From: Acanthaster planci
Taxonomy: Eukaryota
DNA: 20,000 bases
NCBI RefSeq assembly: GCF_001949145.1
Contig: NW_019091362.1
Coordinates: 289,141-309,140 of the forward strand
Direction of reading: 5' to 3'
Shown: one piece after another, positions 12,301 through 20,000 of the stretch
Position numbering within the stretch: position 1 is the first letter of the stretch
Layout of the letters: every line of letters starts with the position of its first letter
Position numbers and translations under genes: made by a program
The notes under the pieces: model-generated
What the model was told of the DNA's origin: nothing
The model's input: the letters and a program-made list of their open reading frames with translations, nothing else
Database searches by the model: none

Positions 12301-13360
12301 CGGATCAGACGGCCGAGGCCGTGGCCAAGACCCTCGTGGAGCAGGTGATCACACGCTTCAGGACACCCCTCAAGATCCACACAGATCAAGGGCGGAGTTC
12401 GAGGCGGGCCTGTTCCGCGGGGTCTGCCGGCTGTTTGGCATCCACAAGACCAGGACGACTCCTTTCCACCCCCAGTCCAACGGCATGGTCAAACGGTTCA
12501 ATCGAACCGTGAACACCATGCTTAGCTTGTTTGTGGCTGAGAATCAGGATGACTGGGACGAACATCTTCTCTACGTCCTGATGGCCTACAGCTCCTCCCA
12601 GCACGATAGCACCAGGCTCACCCTGAACATGCTCATGCTTGGGCGGGAGGTGGGACTTTCCCTGGACGTCGTAGTCGGGTCATTGGATGAGCAGGTGGAG
12701 ACTACCGAGGCACTAGATTACGCCGACGAGCTGAGAGCGAATCTCACCCAGGCCCACGAGTTTGCCCAGCGACACCTGAGGCGGACTCAGAGCTACCAGA
12801 AGCAGCAGTATGACCGTCGCGCCCAGGGGGCCGGGTTCAAGCCCAGTCAGGGTGTTTGGCTGTTCACCCCCAAGAATAAGGTCGGCCGCGCCCCTAAGCT
12901 GCAACGGTGGTGGAACGGGCCCTTCGCGGTGCTACAACGCCTTAACAATGTGACCTACAAAGTGCAGTGTACCGCCTGAGTGAAGCCTCAGATCATGCAT
13001 CACAATCGGCTTAAGCGCTACCTGGGCGACGTGCAGCTAGGATGTTGAGAGCGCGCAGCCCACAGAGCCCTGGCCGAGGAGGCACCCTTGCAGGCAGGGG
13101 GGCAAGGAGCCAGCGGATCCAGCCCCTGGTCCTGCCCGCTGGGGCCCTCTCCCCCGTTGAGGAAGGGACCGCACTGGAACCTGTTGACGGGGCAAAATCA
13201 GGACACCCGGGCCGGAACGGCAGTGTGTCGAGTGGGGAGAACTCAGACACAAGCAGCCAAGGAGGCAGCGCACCGGCGGAGCCATCACCGTGCGAGCCGG
13301 AGGCGGGGGCACGTGCGTGACTCGCAAGGGGCGGCAGGTTCGTCACCCAGTGCAATTCTG
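9400..13360 (+). pseudogene. pol: Gypsy pol pseudogene (protease, RT, RNase H, integrase) with multiple stops and frameshifts
   Basis: PR: VLLDTGG (~9449), MADGS, VGIDFM. RT: SPWSSPVVLVQKKDG, FCVDYR, LDLASVY*, YLDD at 10788-10799. RNase H: ILDTDAS, RTDH. IN: HHCC (HNHRTAGH...CQKCHLC), DYFTKW, HTDQG, SNGMVKRFN, GPF. Stops at e.g. 10620, 10773, 11898, 12977. Confidence 0.95.
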
Positions 13361-13367
13361 CCCCACG

Positions 13368-13402
13368 CTAACTCCTGAATCTCCCTCTGTTTCTTTCCCC
13401 AG
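13368..13402 (+). promoter_or_regulatory. Splice acceptor upstream of the accessory ORF
   Basis: Branch point CTAAC 13368-13372, pyrimidine tract CTCCCTCTGTTTCTTTCCCC, then AG|G ATG. The tract stands out in otherwise G-rich sequence. Confidence 0.75.
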
Positions 13403-13403
13403 G

Positions 13404-14048
13404 ATGGACCGCTTGGCCTGCCCCCACTGTCAGCGAGTATTCCGCCAGCGGACCAACTTGCGGCGACACCTGAAGACGGCTTGTCCGGAGCTGTTCACCG
13501 CCCGGCCCTATACCTGTGAGCGGGGGTGTGGCCGCTGCTTCTACCGCTCGGACATGCGGGATCGGCACCACCGACACTGCAACCACGTCCTCGTCGGCCA
13601 GGTCTGGGCGGAGGATACTGACATCCTGGAGGTCTTTGCTAGTGACAGGGAGTTGGGGGGTGACGAGTTCCCCATGGAGCAGTCACCTGCCCCTGCCTGT
13701 CCTCCGGAGGGAGCCGCCCGGACCCGCCCCCGGTCAGCTGCTGCGGGCAAGCCCTCACCTTCTGGTGCGGCCTTGGGCCTTTGGGCCCCCATGGCGGCCG
13801 CCACAGCCGGAACCGCCCCCCTGCGTCACTCAGTAGAGACGGGGACGCAGACCAAAGTGGAGCCCCCAGCCCCGGTTTGGAGCGGGGGCCGCCAGAGTCT
13901 ACCCCCCGGCTCCTGGGTGACGTATGCGGGGGGGGCCTGCCTGCGACTGGGGGTGCGAGCCACCCTGCAGGAGGAGCGGGCTACCAGAGACGCAGACACC
14001 ATGATGGACCCGCCCCTCTGTGAGCATCACCACAGCCAGTGGTGGTAG
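13404..14048 (+). CDS. Retrotransposon accessory ORF (214 aa) with two tandem C2HC zinc fingers; same frame resumes after a TAG and runs to 14378
   Basis: MDRLA-CPHC-QRVFRQRTNLRR-H-LKTA-C, linker PELFTARPYT, CERGC-GRCFYRSDMRDR-H-HRH-C, then an acidic patch and a Pro/Ala-rich region. The ATG is 1 nt after a canonical splice acceptor. Confidence 0.75.
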   Translation: MDRLACPHCQRVFRQRTNLRRHLKTACPELFTARPYTCERGCGRCFYRSDMRDRHHRHCNHVLVGQVWAEDTDILEVFASDRELGGDEFPMEQSPAPACPPEGAARTRPRSAAAGKPSPSGAALGLWAPMAAATAGTAPLRHSVETGTQTKVEPPAPVWSGGRQSLPPGSWVTYAGGACLRLGVRATLQEERATRDADTMMDPPLCEHHHSQWW

Positions 14049-14239
14049 GAGGTGGCCCCCGCTGGCCTAGACCGCCGTGGCCACCGCCAATTCCAGACCC
14101 TGGTGGTTCACACTTATGAAGTCCCAGGCCGGATGTTGTACACCTTCGGCGGTGAGCCATATGCGCAGGGGCGACCGGAATGGCTGCAAGCTGGCCTGCT
14201 GGGTTGCGCCGCCTCGTTCGGGGACGAACTAGAGTCCTC

Positions 14240-14250
14240 GGAGGGGTTGG
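14240..14250 (+). promoter_or_regulatory. Polypurine tract
   Basis: GGAGGGGTTGG abutting the 3' LTR. Confidence 0.7.
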
Positions 14251-14522
14251 TGTGGCACCGGCGGGTTCGGCCGATGGGGGCACCAGCTCGGACCCACATG
14301 GAGCTAGCTGGCTGCCCCCGCTGGTATGCGAACGACCTGCGGCTTTCCCGCCTCGTGCCTGCGCAGTCCCTGTCTTAGACACCTCGTGTCTGGAGCTTTG
14401 TGTGTCAGACAGCCCTTTTGCTTTCGTCAAAATAAACAGAGCAGTTTTGCCTGGAACGGAGATTTGTGCCTGACGGAGTAGTTCTTTGTCAGCATCAGAG
14501 CCCATAGACAGGACATGCTACA
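14251..14522 (+). repeat. 3' LTR (272 bp)
   Basis: TGTGGCA...TGCTACA; carries a 10-bp (GGACCCACAT) and a 1-bp extra relative to the 5' LTR; AATAAA at 14431-14436. Confidence 0.95.
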
Positions 14523-15360
14523 ATAAATCCATGTACATGTACGAGCTAATTTGTTTAGACATTTAAAAACAAGAACAGTCTTTTTAGATCTAACTCTCTC
14601 GGAAAACGGTACCCAGTTCAGTGTAGCAAACATATTTGCTGAGGGAGTGAGAGAGGTGCATTTGAGTGCAGCTCTTTTTAGACATTTGTTAAGAGTGGTA
14701 TCGTGGGATATGTATCTTCCTCCCCACACCGTGCAACAGTATTGTAAAGTTGGCATAACTAAGCTAATGAAAAGTGTGTGCAGGCTACTTTGTCCAACAT
14801 AGTTCCAGATTCTGTTTAACATACCTAATTTAGATGAGACTGTTTTTCTTACGTAATCAACATGTGGGCCCCAACTTAGTGTTTCGTCAATAATAACGTC
14901 TGTAATAATATTTGCGGTTTTCTGCCTTGAACCAGTCAACATGCTTTTGGTTTTGTTTGTATTTACCGGTAGTTCAAGTTTGTTTCTTGAAGACCAATGT
15001 AGAATTCTGTCAAGAGCTACATTCAGATTCCTGTCTATTTCATTAATACTGGAAGAGCTGCACATTAGAGTGGAGTCATCTATATACATATACAAGTTAC
15101 AATTTGTTGGGATACAGGATGGCAGATCACTTGTGTAAATAATGAATAAAAGCGGTCCTAATATCGAACCCTGTGGGACACCAACGGTTAGTGGCAGAGC
15201 CTTTGATATCTTACCCTCAATATTTATCGACTGACTATGATCGCTTAGGTATGATTTAGTGAAGTAGACATGTTAAACCTTTTCAATTTTTCCAGAAGAA
15301 TTTCATGGTCAACACGATCAAATGCTTCACTGAGATCTATAAACACACTACCTGTAACTT
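14523..15360 (-). mobile_element. 5'-truncated CR1/L2-group LINE, RT part of ORF2 (decayed)
   Basis: The - strand encodes TGSVFIDLSEAFDRVDHEILL, GVPQGSILGPLLFIIYTSDLP, MYIDDSTL (YADD box), NTNKTKSML, IIDETLSWGPHVDYV, YCCTVWG, FATLNW, VFKCLNKLA. Confidence 0.92.
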
Positions 15361-16304
15361 CTTATAAATTGACTTATTTTTGTTTTAGCTCACAGGAATT
15401 GTCACCAGTCCATGGGACCTTTTTTTAGCAAAACTAATCTTGACTGGCTGTTTTAAACTGTATTATTTAATCCGTTACTATGGGTCATGCTGTCAATAGT
15501 TAAACTTAAAAGTTGAAGATTTGAAACTTAAAATTAAGAATGAACACACTATCAAAATTCACAATTTTTTCTTCTTTACAAATAAGACAAAATAATGACC
15601 GTTAAAACAAGTACCTGGTAGGTATTTCTCTACTAGCTCACCTTGCAAGTTAAAGAAAGCATTACCAGCCCGTAGTAGTATTTAGAAGAATTTGTATGCC
15701 ATGTATGCTGGTCTCGTGCTAAGGCCGAGGCCTGTCAACAACCCATCAATCAGATGGCAGGGAATAATTCAGGTGTTGTATAATGTTGCTTGTAGATCAA
15801 AGGTGTTGATGAGATCTTCTTTTAATCAACTGGACTTACTGAAATAAAAACTATAAATCAGTTGCCCATCAAGATGGTGATTAGTTTAGAGCACTGCATC
15901 AGGGATAGAGCTTCATTTTCCATAAACACCAGTACATGTACCAAAGGAGTCATCCCGTCAGTTTTCACAGTTAATGAATGTGGATAAATACGCCTGTCCC
16001 CAGGCATGTTTTGTTCATTTGTGATAATGAAAAACAAAGATGACTCCCAACTCTGTAGGTGCTTATTATTTAATTGTATTGATAGTCTAGTTTAATTGAA
16101 GAGGGGGTGACTACTGTATTTTCAGAACCATAGCTAATCAAACTGATGGCTTTGGGGGAAGGATGATATCCTTTGCACATTCCCTTCAGCAAAAGGTTGA
16201 TAAATACCTTTGCTTGTTGTGGCTTTTGGGACAGTTTTTACTGATTTCAGTTACATGTTCCTCAAGTGGGGAATTTGTCACCAAAGTATGTGTTCTTTTT
16301 ACAG

Positions 16305-17025
16305 GCACTGCATGTATGTTCGATTAGAAGTCCAATTGTCGCGTCTTCCCAAAGTGTATGAATGCAAGTCGTGCCAAGAGAGGTTCCGAGAGGCAGATGA
16401 CATGAGGACACATTACACTACGACCCACCATCAAGAAACTTCTGTTGATAGAGTAGTAAGTGGACCTTCAATCTCTCCAGAGGGCGACATATATGACATA
16501 GCCACTGAGTTGAGACACTGTTCAAAATGTAACAATTATTTTGAGAACATACAGAAACACCGCAATAGTCATAAGGAGAAGCGGTTTGTCTGTGAAATGT
16601 GTGGAAAACGTTTTGCCTACAAGTGTATCTTAACATCACACAAGGAGACCCACAAAGCAAGGGAAAATAGAAATCTTCTCCATTGCACAGAGTGTGACAA
16701 GTCATATTACAAAAAATTTCAACTCATGGCACACTGCAGAGAAAAGCATTCCAAGGACACCTCCAACTTGTTTGTCTGTGAAAAGTGTGGGAAGCAATTT
16801 AAGGCCTCCAAACGGCTGAACATCCACCGACTCATCCACCTAGAAGACAAGCCGTTCAAGTGTCCAGAATGTGGGAGGGGCTTCTCCCAAAAGAGTAACA
16901 TGACGTTGCACATGAGGATGCACACAGGTGCACGACCTTATCAGTGTAAGATCTGTCAGGAAACGTTCAATCATAACGTGAGCCTTAAAAACCATCAAAA
17001 GAAGGAACATGGCATTGACTGGTGA
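16305..17025 (+). CDS. Exon 4 (terminal) of THAP/zinc-finger gene: array of 7 C2H2 fingers (one with short spacing)
   Basis: Acceptor TTCTTTTTACAG|G completes the AG+G=Arg codon. Fingers: YECKSC..H, RHCSKC..H (atypical), FVCEMC..H, LHCTEC..H, FVCEKC..H, FKCPEC..H-TGARPY, YQCKIC..H. Stop TGA 17023-17025. Spliced CDS is 2568 nt = 855 aa. Confidence 0.93.
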
Positions 17026-17487
17026 AAAGACAAGAGTAACAAGAAAGCATCCTGAAAACCTTAAGTTGGTGAACTGTTGAGAATGTTGAATGTACATATG
17101 AGACAGAGATACATGCTGTATGGTTTGCCAGGTGAAATTGATGTTGACTTTCAACTCAAAAGAAAAACAGACTATTTATAGATTAACAATGAAATCTGAT
17201 ACATTGTATGTGCATGTTACACTCTTTGATTTTCAGTCGCATTATTTACTAGTGACATTCATGCAAGGGTGAATTGAACCAATTTGGGAGGACAAGAACC
17301 TGTGTTTTTTTAGTTTTGCTTCTTTTTTTGTGTGATTCTTGCAAGAGAAGTATTGTATGTACATTATATAAATACATCTACAGTAAAACATGGTTTGGGG
17401 GCTAGATGGTTGCTTTATATCCCTGAGGTATTAACTAGATTTTCAACCTCCAATACCAAGGGGATTAACATCAACCATCCACCCCAG

Positions 17488-17493
17488 AATAAA
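17488..17493 (+). terminator. Candidate polyadenylation signal of the THAP-ZF gene
   Basis: AATAAA ~460 nt after the stop codon, followed by T/GT-rich sequence. Confidence 0.4.
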
Positions 17494-20000
17494 CTCTGAT
17501 TTTATATTTGTTTGCCATTATATTTTCAGACATTAAAAACGCTTGTCAATATGCACAGGGATCACCTTTCCATCTAACATTTGCGTACTTCACCTAGACC
17601 AAAATACCATGGCATCTTCTTAAGTGTATAAAATCTGTGCATAGTAAAGGTTCTACTAGCATATTTGACTTTGCTCACAGATCCTGCTAAGTGCATCAGG
17701 TGATCTACAGCCAAAACGGAGACTGGCTCCTGATTGTGCATTGATTTTTGAGAATTCTGCCCTCTATTATAAATGTGTATGAGATATGGTAGTTACCGAA
17801 GCCTCCGCTGGACCATAGCACATGGTTGCTCTTCAGGAAAAAAATACATAGAAATAGAAAATAGGGAATTATCAAGCACTCAGGTACCAAGGTACAATAA
17901 GTTTAAGAATGTAGGCAAGAATATCTGGAATAAGGTGGAGGATGGTATTGATGGTTGGGAGGGTGCATCTGCATTTCTCATTCCATTTGCTCTGTACTTG
18001 TGGGAAAGGTGTGAGCTTAACTTGCAAATTAAATTTATGCCCTTCATTGCGCACTTGTCTATATAGCCAATTGCAAACTAAATTACTTCATATTGCCGTA
18101 TAAATTTCTTAGAATTTACTTGCTGTTAGTAAATTAAAGTGCCTTTATGCGATTAACCTAAAGAAATTTACAGTTTTTCCACTTTTTTTCCATGTGTTCA
18201 CATGGGACCCGTGTTTCATAACAGCAAAATTTTTACAGGGGAAGAAATTTTCTTGGGTGTTAAAGGAAATACCATTTTTGCCCCATCAAGTCCACATACT
18301 ATCACCATAAAACCAAGTAGCAGAATAAGACAGTTGAGGATTTGGAGTTTTTATAAATGTACATGTACCAACTCTTGTGAAGTTGCCAGTCTGTTATCTG
18401 ACAGTTTTTAGGAACACCCCCCCCCATATTTTGCTCTACCCTCCAGCCAAAAGCAGCAGCAGGTGTTGTTTTAGCCATTTTTTAGTGGAATCTTATATCA
18501 CAGAAATTTGGAGACAAATTAACCTTCTTGAGATCAAGAAGTAAACACCATGTTGTCCAGTGGGTAGAAATTAAGACTGTAGGATCCAGTATAGTCTGGA
18601 AGCCATGGAAGGTAACCCCTAAATCTCCGAACAAGTTTTTTTTTCTGCTGATTGTTCATAATCACTGGGTTGCTTATGAGATCTAAGGTAGTGTGGACCT
18701 TTCACACTGTCTGCTGCAAAGGACTAAGATTTTTTGAAAACTGTTATTTCAATTTTTCTGCCATATGGCTATAATTTTGGGCTATATTATGTTTTGAGGA
18801 CCTACATGTATGGATCCACTAGAAAAGGACAGAGAGAGAGAGAGACGAGTTGTTTGTACCATTGCTATTGTAAGTAGAGACTTTGGGGTTAAGGTAAAAT
18901 TTGGTTCTAGGCTGCCGGACTGGTATAAGCACATAGAGTACTGTATATTTTGTATTTTATTCTGAGAATATTGTAAAATGTCCAAATGGATGGAATTAGG
19001 AAAAGTTGTGTGATCAACAAAGCCCAATATGCCTTTAGCAAGTTAAATTTGATAAAAATCCTGCACAGATTTGAATTTGCGTGAACATAATTTGAATTCT
19101 GCATACTTCAGGCACTGTTGCTATACCTCTTGATATGGGGCAAGCCTTTGCTTAGTTATATGAGAGACACCTTGCCCCAGTATGCAGTTTTCAGTGGATG
19201 AGAACGGCACAAAGGAACCAGTCCATTCCAGAGATGGTGGTCGCTATGCATGTGCAAAAGCGTGCTCCAAATCAAGAGGTACAGCAATAGTGTCTTTAGT
19301 CTGGGAAATTCAAATTTTCACTAATGTCCTTTAAGACTGCCAAGTCCCTTTAACCTAGCTGTAACCCCTGTAGGTTCACCATGGCACTGAGCTATAGACA
19401 TGACCAGGAAATGACCTGGATGTTTTTTTATCCACATTGCTACTCAGTGCAATTTTGTGGGCATGGCTGCTCACAGGGTTTTAGCTTAAAGCTGATAAAT
19501 GGAAAGAAAATATAATTGTTTCATTTTATAAATTTTTGGTATGTATGGTTCAAGCCAAAATATTCATCCATAAAACTAACAGCGCGGAAGTACCAGCAAC
19601 ACTGAGGCATTCTTGTGCAATGCTTCTGTTTTTACAGTGTGCGTTATTATGCATATGCCAGACAGCTTAACCAGTCTTTCTTGTCATAAGTGAAGTCAAG
19701 CGGTAGAGGTGAAAGCGTCTGCTTCTCTTCCAAGATGAATCCCTGTCCCATGAAATCACATAATACAACAGAGAAGCACGGCATAAGCTACAGCAAAAGT
19801 GAAATGAACCTGCACCAGACTTTATTACGAATGAAGCACTAAGTGTTTCTTCACTTGTCATAATTTCCTATAACTCCTGGCACTCCAAACACACAGGATT
19901 AAGAGACGCGGCATGCAGTGCATTGAATAATACAGCATCTTATTTAAATAACGTTGTGCTTTCTTAATGTTACTCATTCAACAGCATCTGTTTCTCCCTG

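Larger units (their letters stand above)
8812..14522 (+). mobile_element. Decayed Ty3/Gypsy LTR retrotransposon with gag deletion and an extra 3' zinc-finger ORF
   Basis: Two TG...CA LTRs, PBS, PPT, and domain order zinc knuckle-PR-RT-RNaseH-IN. Imperfect 4-bp TSD ATAC (8808-8811) / ATAA (14523-14526). Much more GC-rich than its flanks. Confidence 0.96.

Noticed and set aside
13404..14378. Accessory ORF as env or chromodomain, or as a capture of the host's own fingers
   Set aside because: No signal peptide, TM helix or chromodomain pattern is evident. The fingers are C2HC, GC-rich and unlike host exon 4.
9109..14505. Many overlapping antisense and alternate-frame ORFs inside the Gypsy element
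   Set aside because: Expected shadows of GC-rich pol and LTR sequence; no domains.
8320..15400. Target-site duplication around the LINE
   Set aside because: No convincing direct repeat found at the two ends.
19650..19861. Possible - strand exon/ORFs near the right end (e.g. DFMGQGFILEEKQTLSPLPLDFTYDKKDW)
   Set aside because: Short, with no recognisable homology and no partner exon in the window.

Overview
Animal (probably invertebrate) genomic DNA. The + strand carries one intact four-exon host gene for an ~855-aa THAP-domain / C2H2 zinc-finger transcription factor (exons 1546-1893, 5591-6859, 7747-7976, 16305-17025, all splice phases consistent). Its last intron holds a nested insertion: a 5'-truncated CR1/L2-group LINE on the - strand (8359-8811 + 14523-~15360) split by a decayed sense-oriented Ty3/Gypsy LTR retrotransposon (8812-14522). 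The Gypsy element has lost most of gag and its pol is disrupted. In the position where env normally sits it carries an extra ORF (ATG 13404) encoding two tandem C2HC zinc fingers. A strong splice acceptor lies directly upstream of this ORF and a candidate donor lies just after the PBS. The acceptor is also in frame with host exon 3, so a THAP/transposon zinc-finger chimera is possible. All calls are from manual reading; no searches were run.
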